A DNA stretch of 53,003 nt from a bacterium (GTDB taxonomy: Bacteria > JBDRGX01), in NCBI GenBank assembly GCA_043817485.1, contig JBDRGX010000094.1, positions 1-53,003 of the forward strand, given 5' to 3'. Positions 1 through 9,697 of this stretch are shown piece after piece. Within the stretch, counting starts at the first letter, position 1, and every line of letters starts with the position of its first letter. A model generated the notes under the pieces. That model did no database searches, was not told the DNA's origin, and saw only the letters and a program-made list of their open reading frames with translations. The translations under genes and the position numbers were made by a program.

Positions 1-178
1 AAAAAATTTTAAATAATTTTCTTTTAAAAATTCCAAATACTACAATTAACAAAATCCCACTAATAAAAATAATTTTTGATAATAAATGTTGTTGAGAAAA
101 TTTATTTAAAAAAATTATTGAAATTAATATTAGTAAAATTCCTAATATTCCTATTGCAAAGAATATATTTTTTTTCAT
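1..178 (-). CDS. hypothetical membrane protein, N-terminal part only (gene runs off the window)
   Basis: ATG at 176-178 (minus) lies 5 nt after the stop of the ABC permease. It translates to MKKNIFFAIGILGILLILISIIF..., with two hydrophobic stretches. Position suggests an auxiliary component of the ABC-2 system. Confidence 0.4.
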   Translation of the reverse strand, partial: MKKNIFFAIGILGILLILISIIFLNKFSQQHLLSKIIFISGILLIVVFGIFKRKLFKIF

Positions 179-183
179 TTTTC

Positions 184-897
184 TTATCTCCATTTTTTTA
201 GTTCAACTGTTTTAGTAGTAAGATATACAAAAAAACCAGAAAAAGTTAAATAATAAACTACATCTTTAGTATCAATAACTCCTTTTTGAAAATCATCAAA
301 ATGTTCAAGTAGACAAATATATTGAAAAACATTCTTCGTAATTTGACTTTTACTTTCATCAGCTACCCAACCTAAAATCCAAATAAATAAAAGTATTCCA
401 AAAGATAATATTGCTGAAACAATTTGATTTTTAGTAAGAGATGAACAAAAAATTCCAACTGAAATAAATGAAAGTCCTAAAAAAAGAATTCCTATATAAC
501 CAGTAATTAAAGGTCCTTTATCTGGTTCTCCTATAATTAAAAGCCAAATAGGATAAAGAAATGTTAAAAGAATCATTACCATAAATAAAATAAAACAAGC
601 TAATAATTTTCCCATAACTAATTCAAATTCTTTAATTGAAGAAGTCATCAATATTTCAATTGTTCCAGTTTTTTTTTCTTCTGAAAAAAGACGCATTGTT
701 AATATAGGAATAATAAACAAAAGCGTAAAAGTCATATTTCCAAATACATAATTCATACTGCATTCTTGACTATGAAATAAAATAAGAACAAAAAAATATC
801 CAGAAATTAGTAAAAACATTGTAAGAATTGTATATGCTATTGGACTTACAAAATAAATTTTAAGATCTTTCATCATTATATTTAAAATATTTTTCAT
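184..897 (-). CDS. ABC-2 type transporter permease
   Basis: 237-aa polytopic membrane ORF immediately downstream of, and abutting, the ABC ATPase. About six hydrophobic segments, typical of the ABC-2 family. Confidence 0.75.
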   Translation of the reverse strand: MKNILNIMMKDLKIYFVSPIAYTILTMFLLISGYFFVLILFHSQECSMNYVFGNMTFTLLFIIPILTMRLFSEEKKTGTIEILMTSSIKEFELVMGKLLACFILFMVMILLTFLYPIWLLIIGEPDKGPLITGYIGILFLGLSFISVGIFCSSLTKNQIVSAILSFGILLFIWILGWVADESKSQITKNVFQYICLLEHFDDFQKGVIDTKDVVYYLTFSGFFVYLTTKTVELKKWR

Positions 898-1836
898 TTA
901 AACCGCCTCCTGCATAATAATTTTTAAAAATATCTCTTCTAAACTCACATCCATATATTTTATTTCAAAAATAGAAATATTCTCCTCTACTAATTTTTTT
1001 ACAATTTTATCTCTAATATCTACACCTTTAACACAATCAATAATAAAACTTAATTTTTCATTAGATTTATCTTTTAATTCTACCATAGATATTTCTGGTA
1101 TTGTTTTAAAAATTTCTTTAACTTTATCTTCATCTCCTTTAATTTGAATAAAAATTTGAGAAGATATATTTAATTGTGAAGTTAAATTTTCTGGTGTATC
1201 AATAGCAGCAATAGAGCCCTCATTTATAATAATTACTCTATCACAAGTCATACTTACTTCTGGAAGAATATGAGTACTTAAAATAATTGTATGAGTGCCT
1301 GCTAATGATTTTATAAGATTTCTCATTTCTATGATTTGTTTGGGATCAAGTCCAATGGTTGGTTCATCTAAAATTAAAATTGGTGGATTATGTATAATTG
1401 CTTGAGCAAAACCAACTCTTTGTTTATATCCTTTTGAAAGACGTCCACAAAGTTTTTTTCTTACATCTATTATTCCACATATAGACATTACTTCTTCTAT
1501 TCGAGAATTTATTTTTTTATTATCTACACCTTTTATTTTTCCTATAAATTTCAGATAATCTTGAATACTTATTTCTGGATAAAGAGGAATATTTTCTGGT
1601 AAATATCCAATTTTTTTCCTTATTTCAAAAGAATCTTCTGATATATTTAATCCATCTATTACCACTTCTCCTTCAGTACAAGGCATAAAACATGAAATAA
1701 TTTTCATAGTTGTAGTTTTTCCTGCTCCATTAGGCCCTAAAAAACCAACTATTTCTCCTTTTGCAATTTTAAAAGAAATATTTTTCACTGCTGAAAATTT
1801 ATTATATCGTTTAGTTAAATTTTTTACTTCAATCAT
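898..1836 (-). CDS. ABC transporter ATP-binding protein
   Basis: Walker A GPNGAGKTT, signature LSKGYKQR, Walker B ILILDEP, H-loop STH. RBS GAGGAGGGG lies upstream. Confidence 0.92.
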   Translation of the reverse strand: MIEVKNLTKRYNKFSAVKNISFKIAKGEIVGFLGPNGAGKTTTMKIISCFMPCTEGEVVIDGLNISEDSFEIRKKIGYLPENIPLYPEISIQDYLKFIGKIKGVDNKKINSRIEEVMSICGIIDVRKKLCGRLSKGYKQRVGFAQAIIHNPPILILDEPTIGLDPKQIIEMRNLIKSLAGTHTIILSTHILPEVSMTCDRVIIINEGSIAAIDTPENLTSQLNISSQIFIQIKGDEDKVKEIFKTIPEISMVELKDKSNEKLSFIIDCVKGVDIRDKIVKKLVEENISIFEIKYMDVSLEEIFLKIIMQEAV

Positions 1837-1992
1837 AAATATTCCCCTCCTCTTTATATAAAAAATAACATATTTTTGTTAAAAATAATTCAAAAAAACA
1901 ATATTGTCAAGAATAATTAATTATTTAAACTAATCAAAATAATTTTTGCTTTATTTTATTTTTTTTCTTAATTTAATGATTTTTTTATTATT

Positions 1993-3882
1993 TTACCATT
2001 TAATTTTAAATTCTACTCCTATTTTTTGATAACTATCATAAAGACTTGATCTCCCGTAATAATTTTCTCCTCCTACATCCCAAGAAGTCATTTTAAAATT
2101 TCTACTTAAATCATTTGGTTTCATATCTACATATTCCAAAACAAGGTTAGAATTAGGAGTTAAATCTATATCTACGCCACAAAGCATTCCTTGTGCTTCT
2201 CCAATATTAGAAATTCGTTTTTTACTTAATTCTGAATGCAAAGCTTTTCCTTGATAATCTGTCTCACCTTTTAATGTTTTTAAATATATTTTTGCCTCAG
2301 TATATTTGTAAATATTAGGATTAGAAATATATTTCAAAACCATATTTCCGACCAAATCTGTTGCTTTATTTTTTCTTTCATAATCATAAATAGGCTTTGA
2401 TTGATTAAAATCTTGAAATAAACTTTCTGAATAAATACCTTTTCCTTGTGATAACAAATTCCATCTTTCTGAAAATTGATAATTTAAAGAAATAACACTT
2501 TTCACATTATTTGTTTTTTGATTTCCACAATAATCAATATCTTCATCTAAATCTACAGAATCTTCTTTTAAAACATCTTTACTTTGTTCTACTTTTGTTA
2601 TTATTCCAGTATCTACATTTTCTAAATTAAAAGAAGATCCATTTAATTTATATTGTCTAATTGAATTTTTATCTTTATTCATTAAATAAAGTTTTTGATT
2701 AAAACCATCTATCCCTAAAAAATCTAAATTATGCAAATTTGGATCATTTTTATCAATTGTATAAATAATTTTATTTTCTATTTTTCCATTTAAAGAAAAA
2801 ACTTGAATTCTTTCAATAATTTTAGTATATTTTTCTGGTGCTATTTCTTGAATTTCATCTACTTTTTTTTCTTCTTTCTCTTGTTTTTTTTCTAAAGTTT
2901 GAAGTCTTGTTTTTAAATTTTTTATTTCATAAACATTTGGTTCAAAAAATCTAAATAACTCCCCTTCTAAAAAATTAATTCCTTTTTCATCAGAAAAAGG
3001 ATGATTTTCAAATTTTTTTTGATATTGTGACATATCTTTTACCAAAATTTCATTATTTAAAGATATGCTAAGATAATAAGGATTTTTAAATTCTGATCCT
3101 GCTAATCCATTTTTACCAAAAGAAAGTAAATATTCTCCATTAGAATTAAATTTTACTATTCTATGATTATTTTTATCTGCAATATAAACATTCCCCTCTA
3201 TGTCTACAACAATATCTTTAGGTGAATCTAATTCTCCATTTCCATCTCCATATTTACCAAAAGTTATTTTTTTTTCTCCATTAAATTTATATTTAGATAT
3301 AGAATTTGCTTCTATATCTAATACATAAATATTTTTTTCTAAATCAACAGCTATTTTAAGTTCTCGAGTATGATTTTTTTTAATTGATAAAGCATATTCT
3401 CCATCATTATCAACAATTATTGATGCTGACTGTAAACCAGATTTTTTAATTGTTATTTCTTCTAAAATAATTGTGCGAATAAATTTTCCTTGAATAGTAA
3501 AAATATGAATACAAGGGACATATTCGTATATTTTAGGATTTGTTGTTACTGGAACAAAATAAGAATTCCAATCAATTACATAAATATTTCCATCTTTATC
3601 TACAGCAATATTTTTAGGAGAATGTAAAGTTACTTGATCAGAAGAAACAATTTCTTTCATAAAAACACCTTGTTCATTCCAAATTTGAATTTTTGCATTT
3701 TGCGTATCTGAAAAAATAATATCTCCTGCACAATTAAACGCCAAATAAATTTCATCACCAAATTTTCCTGCAATAGTTCCTTTCCCTCCAAATTCTCCTA
3801 AAAATTCAATAGAAGATAATCCTAAGGAATAAGAAATCAATACTAATAGAATAAAAAAAATATAAACTAACATTTTTTTCAT
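1993..3882 (-). CDS. NHL-repeat (beta-propeller) secreted protein with a C-terminal aromatic-terminated putative outer-membrane domain
   Basis: Signal peptide MKKMLVYIFFILLVLISYS. Repeated NHL-like blades (P.GIAVD..GNIYV.D..N.RI..F). Lys/Glu-rich linker. C-terminus ...GVEFKIKW ends in an aromatic residue, as in beta-barrel OMPs. Confidence 0.6.
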   Translation of the reverse strand: MKKMLVYIFFILLVLISYSLGLSSIEFLGEFGGKGTIAGKFGDEIYLAFNCAGDIIFSDTQNAKIQIWNEQGVFMKEIVSSDQVTLHSPKNIAVDKDGNIYVIDWNSYFVPVTTNPKIYEYVPCIHIFTIQGKFIRTIILEEITIKKSGLQSASIIVDNDGEYALSIKKNHTRELKIAVDLEKNIYVLDIEANSISKYKFNGEKKITFGKYGDGNGELDSPKDIVVDIEGNVYIADKNNHRIVKFNSNGEYLLSFGKNGLAGSEFKNPYYLSISLNNEILVKDMSQYQKKFENHPFSDEKGINFLEGELFRFFEPNVYEIKNLKTRLQTLEKKQEKEEKKVDEIQEIAPEKYTKIIERIQVFSLNGKIENKIIYTIDKNDPNLHNLDFLGIDGFNQKLYLMNKDKNSIRQYKLNGSSFNLENVDTGIITKVEQSKDVLKEDSVDLDEDIDYCGNQKTNNVKSVISLNYQFSERWNLLSQGKGIYSESLFQDFNQSKPIYDYERKNKATDLVGNMVLKYISNPNIYKYTEAKIYLKTLKGETDYQGKALHSELSKKRISNIGEAQGMLCGVDIDLTPNSNLVLEYVDMKPNDLSRNFKMTSWDVGGENYYGRSSLYDSYQKIGVEFKIKW

Positions 3883-3926
3883 TTTTATTTTTACTCCATT
3901 TTATAATTATTTGTTAAAATTAAAAA

Positions 3927-5676
3927 TTAAAAAACTGCTTTTAAGCCCAAAACAATTTTTTTTGATTCTTGTTTAAACCAACTTTTATTTGTTAAATCAC
4001 CAGTTTCATTAATATAAAAATAATTAGAAATATTAGGCATTCCTTGTGTTATTTTCAAAAATAAAGCAAATTTATCAGTTAAATCATAATCAATTTCAGT
4101 TCCATAAAAAAAAACTTCCATTATAAGAATTTAAAAAAACTTTATTTTCTAACCCAGTAATATACATATTTTCACAACTACCACCAAATAAAATTTCAAA
4201 AAACATATATTTTTTTTTATAAGGATTTTGATCTATAGCAATACTTATTCCTAATTTTTCCAACATTACAATATAATCAACTTTTTCAAAAGCATCATAA
4301 TTATACCTGAAATAAATTTCTTGATCAGAATGATTTATTACAAGCCCACGAAAATTCAAATAAATAAATTTAGTTTCATTAATTAAATTAACATTTTCTG
4401 TAAAAATATAATTACTTTTAAAACTTATTCCTATTTTATCTATTACTACATCATTTAATTCCCAATCATATTTATCATCATCATCATACCAATTATCTAT
4501 TTTTTTTTCTATTTTTTCCTTCACACAAAAAAATTTAATACATTTATCTATGTCTTTTAATCCTTCATTAATTCCTTTAATTTTTTTCTTTTCTTTATAA
4601 ACATATTTTTTTATTTTTAAATTTTCTGTATCTAATAAATAAACATTTTTTTTTATATCAATAGATTTAAAAATTAAACTTTTTGTATATTGTTCTGCTA
4701 AATTAATTTTATAAAGATTTTTTTCTTGATATTTTCCCTGAAAATCAAATATTTGAATTCTTCTCATAAGAACTTTATATTTTTTAATTTCGTCTTCTTT
4801 TTCAAAATAAGGATCATCTTTTTTCACAGAAAGATAAGAGTCATATTCTTTTATATATTCTGCTTTATCTATTACAGCAATTTTATTATCAGCCAAAATA
4901 CTCATATAAAAAGGATGAAAAAAATCAGAATTTCTATATCCTTTTTTTCCAAAACAAAAAATTTCTTTTCCTGTTGAAGATAATTTGAATATTTGATGTT
5001 GTTCAGGAACACAAAAATAAATATTTCCTTCATCATCTGCTACCATAGATGTTATTTTTTTATAAGGAGATGAAAAAAATTGTTTAACATTTCCATTCCC
5101 ATCAATTAAATATATTTTTTCTGTATCCCAAACATATAAATTTTCATCTCCAAAAACACAAAAATATATTTCTCTTTTATAATCATTTTCTACAGACAAT
5201 GAAAAATCTTTAGACGCATCTAAAACAATTTTTGCTTCTTTTAAATCAAAAGAAGATGAAAAGGGCTTTAAAAAAATGGTTTTTATTAATTTGCCTTGTG
5301 AAGAGATTTTATGAATACAAATATTATAATTATATACTGCAGTTTTATGATCTTTTGTTAAAAAATATTGATAATCAGAAACATAAATATTTCCTTTTTT
5401 ATCAATAGCAATTTTTTTAGGAAAGTTGAATTGTTCTAATTTAATTTCTGTAAGAAATTTTCCATATTCTGAAAATTGCTGAATACGAGTATTTTGAGTA
5501 TCAACAATATAAATAGAATTTTCTTTATCAAAAGCAAAATATAACTCCTTTCCAAATTTTCCTGAAGTAGTTCCTTTTCCTCCAAATTCTAAAAAAAAAG
5601 AAAGAATATTTTTTGCTTCTAATTTTTGAAAGAAAAAACTTATAAATAAACATAAAATAATTATTTTTCTTTTCAC
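3927..5676 (-). pseudogene. NHL-repeat surface protein paralog, split by a 1-nt frameshift in a T9 tract (plus-strand A9 at 4106-4114)
   Basis: ORFs 4096..5676 and 3927..4121 overlap at the homopolymer. Removing one T joins ...NSYNGSFF to YGTEIDYDL.... The joined protein ends ...GLKAVF (aromatic terminus) like its 629-aa paralog. GTG start, with AAAGGAG upstream. Confidence 0.6.
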
Positions 5677-5871
5677 TTTATTTATACTTAAAAAATGTAC
5701 TCCTTTAAATAATTATGTGTTAATTAACAATAAGTTAATGATGTATGTAAAATACATGTAAATTAATTTGTTCTATCTTTAAAATGTGGTTTTTCTATTT
5801 ATAAAATCATTTTCTGAAACTGATTTTTCTGTCACCCATTTTTTCTTTTTTGCCATATTTATTTTTGTTTT

Positions 5872-5900
5872 ATTTTATTGCTTCCCATTCCCTTTGTCAA
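5872..5900 (-). promoter_or_regulatory. sigma70-type promoter (TTGACA-17 nt-TAAAAT) upstream of the NHL paralog
   Basis: On the minus strand, TTGACA is at 5900-5895, the spacer is exactly 17 nt, and TAAAAT is at 5877-5872. This would give a leader of about 190 nt before the GTG at 5676. Confidence 0.5.
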
Positions 5901-6004
5901 GTCTTTTTTGAATTTCCTAAAAATGTGCTTCTGATGATATTCCATAGCCATTTTTTTTTAGTTTATATTCCGGAATTTTTATATAAAATACTCCAAAACT
6001 CATC

Positions 6005-6030
6005 TAATACCAATTTGCAATCAAAAATAA
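6005..6030 (+). repeat. terminal repeat of the TAATAC..TTGCAATCAAAA family (copy D, left end)
   Basis: TAATACCAATTTGCAATCAAAAATAA matches the ends of the elements at 18611-18769, 46822-46942 and 48753-48868. For example, it is 23/27 identical to the reverse complement of 48842-48868. Confidence 0.55.
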
Positions 6031-6060
6031 ATATAAGTTATCAATTACTCCCATCAACTA

Positions 6061-6738
6061 TTAATTAAGTTCATAAACTATTGGCAAAATTATTTCTGCC
6101 TTCATAGGTGGTTTTGGAAATGGTGCCACCTTCTTTATGGTCTCTACAGCTTTCTTATCAAGTATATCAAACCCTGATCCTTGTTTTATCCTTATATCTT
6201 CTACAGAGCCATTTTCAAAAATAACAAAAGATACAACAACCCTTCCTATCAACCCCATCCTTCTTGCCACTAATGGATAGGAAAGGTTTTTCATTATTAT
6301 ATCCTTTATATATGCAAAATGCTCCTTAAAATATTTTATTCTTTCCTGCTCTATGGAACCAGTATCAGCCTTTGTAACAGAGTTTTCTGAGTTATTTTGT
6401 ATTTCAGAGGACTCTGTTGTGTGACTTGGTTCATTTTCAATCTTTGGTGATTCAATAACTACCTGCTCATCAAATACTAATGGTGTTACAAGCGAGGTTT
6501 GAAATAGTTTCTGCTTTTCTTCTCCTTTTTTTTCCAAGTGTACTGTCTTTTTCTTGATTATCTTTTCTTGCCTCTTTCTTATTATGACTTCTGATTGCCT
6601 ATCTAGGCATGAATTTTTTTCAATAATAAAATCAATGAAAATAACTTTATTACTCGCAAATATAAAATGACTAACACCAATGATAATAAGTATATGAATA
6701 AAAATTGACCATATAAATGCCTTAATTTGCTCACTCAT
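6061..6738 (-). CDS. TonB-family energy transducer (TonB C-terminal domain protein)
   Basis: N-terminal TM anchor (IWSIFIHILIIIGVSHFIF), charged linker, and C-terminal TonB domain (YPLVARRMGLIGRVVVSFVIFENGSVEDIRIKQGSGFDILDKKAVETIKKV.PFPKPP). I chose the start at M38 of the ORF, which is preceded by GGAGAAGAG. Visibly higher G+C than the neighbouring genes. Confidence 0.75.
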   Translation of the reverse strand: MSEQIKAFIWSIFIHILIIIGVSHFIFASNKVIFIDFIIEKNSCLDRQSEVIIRKRQEKIIKKKTVHLEKKGEEKQKLFQTSLVTPLVFDEQVVIESPKIENEPSHTTESSEIQNNSENSVTKADTGSIEQERIKYFKEHFAYIKDIIMKNLSYPLVARRMGLIGRVVVSFVIFENGSVEDIRIKQGSGFDILDKKAVETIKKVAPFPKPPMKAEIILPIVYELN

Positions 6739-6922
6739 TTTCTCTTCTCCGTTTGAAAAATTACCTGTTAGATAACAATAAATTGTATAATAATATCCTT
6801 TTTTCCTTTTAAATATTGAAATGGTGTTTTGCCTGCCTGTGCGTAGCACGCAGACAGGTAGTTTAATTTTTTAAGCCTTTTGTTTTGATTATAGTCATCA
6901 ACCATTTTAAAAATCATAATTT

Positions 6923-8377
6923 TTACCAATTATATTCTATCCAAATTTTTACATTTTCACAAGAACTTCTTTTATTATAAAAAGTTTGATTAAAATATCC
7001 ACCTAAAGAATAATTTGAAAAATTAAAAATTATTTCTATATAATATTTTTCTTTTAATTCACCCCATCTAAATTTTTCATCTTGTTTATTTTGAGTAAAT
7101 AATTTAATTTCCCAATTTTTTATTTTATAATTTGTTTTTAAAGTAAATAATTTTTCTGCTAATTCTTTTTTTAAACTACCAATAATTTTTAAATTAGAAA
7201 AAGGCGTATAAATTAAATTTCCATAAAAAATATTTGTTTGTATTTCTTTTACATTTTTTAATTTTGTTTTTATTTCAAATGCGATTTTAGGCGTTATTTT
7301 AGTTAAAAAAGATGATTTTAATTCATGAGAAATAAATTTTGAAAAATGTTGCCAACAATTAAATGAAGTATTTAAAGTAATTTTTGAATTAAAATAATAA
7401 ATTAAATCAATATATATTCCTTCTTCATTTTGATTATCATCTGATGTAAAAGCATTACTAAAAGGATTTACAAAATTTTTATAATTTCTATAAAAATGAA
7501 GTAAATGAAATTTTTCTCTATCAATATCTAATCCAATAATAAAACTTATATTTTGTTTTTTTGTACCTGCAAATTCAGAAAAAAATAAACTATCTCCAAA
7601 CCAAAATTTGTTATAAAATCCTCCAATTTGAAAAGAATTTTTGCTATCTAAATAAGTAAAGCCAAAATTATTTTTTTTAAATTCAAAATTTAAATTCAAA
7701 ACTTTTAATTCATCTTGAGAATAAATAAAAGAAGGAGAAAAAAAACCAAAATTCAATTTATTATAAAGTCCATCAATTTGTGATCCAAAAACTAAATTTT
7801 CTCCAAAACTTACATAAGTTTGTCCTAATGTTATTTTTTTAATATATGAAACATCTTTTATTTGAAAATAACGAATTTTTTCTTTTTCGTTTAAAATAGA
7901 AAAAAATGCTTTTAAATGTTTATCAAAAAGAATATATGTTTTTCCTTTAAATAATGCAATATTTTTAAAAAAATCTTTTTCATATTCAACCTTAATATTA
8001 GTTTTAAAAGCATTTGATATTATTGGAAATACATTTATGAAAGCATCTATTCTTTGATAAACTTCTATTTTAAAATCAGGAATATTTTTTATTTCTTCTT
8101 TTTTTGTGAAATTTCTATTTTTTAATCGATATTCATAAATTTTTTCTATATCTTGTATAAATACATCTGGTATATTTATAAGATTCCAAATATCATCACT
8201 ATTAATATCTATTTTGTTGATTAAAAAATAAAATAATTTTTGATAGGTTTCTTGAGAAATTTCATTATTAAATAAAGCATTTTGTAAATCTTCTTGATCA
8301 GAAATTATAGGATAAAAATTTGCAGTTGAATTTGAAACAAAAAAAAATAAGAAAAAAAGAATAAAATAAAATTTCAT
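6923..8377 (-). CDS. hypothetical outer-membrane protein (possible N-terminal helix-hairpin-helix region plus predicted beta-barrel)
   Basis: Signal peptide MKFYFILFFLFFFVSNSTA. Alternating aromatic/hydrophilic beta-strand pattern. C-terminal ...KIWIEYNW. Confidence 0.5.
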   Translation of the reverse strand: MKFYFILFFLFFFVSNSTANFYPIISDQEDLQNALFNNEISQETYQKLFYFLINKIDINSDDIWNLINIPDVFIQDIEKIYEYRLKNRNFTKKEEIKNIPDFKIEVYQRIDAFINVFPIISNAFKTNIKVEYEKDFFKNIALFKGKTYILFDKHLKAFFSILNEKEKIRYFQIKDVSYIKKITLGQTYVSFGENLVFGSQIDGLYNKLNFGFFSPSFIYSQDELKVLNLNFEFKKNNFGFTYLDSKNSFQIGGFYNKFWFGDSLFFSEFAGTKKQNISFIIGLDIDREKFHLLHFYRNYKNFVNPFSNAFTSDDNQNEEGIYIDLIYYFNSKITLNTSFNCWQHFSKFISHELKSSFLTKITPKIAFEIKTKLKNVKEIQTNIFYGNLIYTPFSNLKIIGSLKKELAEKLFTLKTNYKIKNWEIKLFTQNKQDEKFRWGELKEKYYIEIIFNFSNYSLGGYFNQTFYNKRSSCENVKIWIEYNW

Positions 8378-8380
8378 TTT

Positions 8381-8908
8381 TTATTTTTGAAGTTCTATAT
8401 ATTTTTTAATTCCTAATCGTGATAATTTCTCTCTTTTTTCTTTTATTTCTTGTTCCATATTTTTGCGGTATTTTTCTATTTTTAAAGAAAATTTTGGATA
8501 ACGAAGTGCTAAAATTTCTATAGCTAATAAAGCTGCGTTTTTTGCTCCATTTACACCAACAGTAGCAACTGGAATTCCATGAGGCATTTGAACAATTGAT
8601 AATAAAGCATCTAATCCATCTAAAAAAGATCCTTTGATAGGAACTCCAATTACTGGACAAATTACTTTAGATGCTATTACTCCTGGCAAAGCTGCTGCAG
8701 CACCAGCTCCAGCAATAATTAAATCTACTCCTATTTCTTTTATAGTTTCAAGATACACAAAAAGTTTTTCTTGATCTCTATGAGCAGAAATTATAGTAAT
8801 GTCAAAATCAATTTTAAACATTTCTAATATTTCAACAGCATCTATCATTACTTTTAAATCAGAATCTGATCCAACAATAATAGAGATTTTTGGTTTTTCT
8901 TTTTTCAT
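8381..8908 (-). CDS. purE: 5-(carboxyamino)imidazole ribonucleotide mutase
   Basis: ISIIVGSDSDLKVM...GAGAAAALPGV....PVIGVP motifs typical of PurE. Confidence 0.88.
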   Translation of the reverse strand: MKKEKPKISIIVGSDSDLKVMIDAVEILEMFKIDFDITIISAHRDQEKLFVYLETIKEIGVDLIIAGAGAAAALPGVIASKVICPVIGVPIKGSFLDGLDALLSIVQMPHGIPVATVGVNGAKNAALLAIEILALRYPKFSLKIEKYRKNMEQEIKEKREKLSRLGIKKYIELQK

Positions 8909-8923
8909 AAATTACATCCTTTT

Positions 8924-9697
8924 CTAAAAAAACTTTAGATAATAATATAAACATGGAGCAGCAAAAAGTAAGCTATCTATTACATCTAACATTCCACCAT
9001 GTCCTGGAATAATATTCCCAGAATCTTTAACTTTAAAATTTCTTTTTATAATTGATTCGCTGATATCTCCCATTAACCCAGAAATACTTAAAATTAAACA
9101 TAATAAAATGCAATTATTTAAAAAAATATCAGAATAAAAAAATCGCATAAATAAAAGAAGTAGCATATTTAAAACAATTCCACCAACTACACCTTCAATT
9201 GTTTTTTTAGGACTAATATTAGAAAAAAATTTATGTTTTCCTAAATAAACTCCAGAAAAATAAGCACCTACATCAAATCCCCATGTTCCAATAAATAATA
9301 TTAAAATATATTTAATCCCATCTGGAAACATTCTAATTTTTATAATAAATCCTAACAACATAGAAATATATATTATTCCTAATAAAGATTTCCACAAAGA
9401 ATCAATATTAATTTCATCACTTTTCTGATTTAAATGTAAAATGAAAAATAAAAAAAGACTTAAAAATAAAAATAAAGGGACTATATCTATTTTTACTAAA
9501 TAAAAACAAAATACAAAACTTATTCCTAATATTGTACTTAGAACACTAAAAAGAGATTTATTTTTACTCATTTTATTAAATTCAATTAAACAAATACCAG
9601 CAATTACACTTATCATTAAAGTAAAAAAAAATTCTTTTTGAAGACAAAAAATAAATATAGGAATAAAAATTAAAGTAGATAAAATTCTTTTTAACAT
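8924..9697 (-). CDS. cdsA: phosphatidate cytidylyltransferase
   Basis: Polytopic membrane protein with the CdsA signature S..KR...KD.....PGHGG..D..DS near the C-terminus. Conserved uppS-cdsA arrangement. Confidence 0.88.
   Translation of the reverse strand: MLKRILSTLIFIPIFIFCLQKEFFFTLMISVIAGICLIEFNKMSKNKSLFSVLSTILGISFVFCFYLVKIDIVPLFLFLSLFLFFILHLNQKSDEINIDSLWKSLLGIIYISMLLGFIIKIRMFPDGIKYILILFIGTWGFDVGAYFSGVYLGKHKFFSNISPKKTIEGVVGGIVLNMLLLLFMRFFYSDIFLNNCILLCLILSISGLMGDISESIIKRNFKVKDSGNIIPGHGGMLDVIDSLLFAAPCLYYYLKFF

Noticed and set aside
5850-6068. 72-aa plus-strand ORF in the spacer between the NHL paralog and the TonB-domain gene.
   Set aside because: It has no RBS and a low-complexity Phe/Leu-rich product, and it overlaps a consensus minus-strand promoter and the repeat terminus.
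8406-8660. 84-aa same-strand ORF overlapping purE in another frame.
   Set aside because: The purE frame carries clear family motifs, whereas the alternative frame is a compositional artefact.
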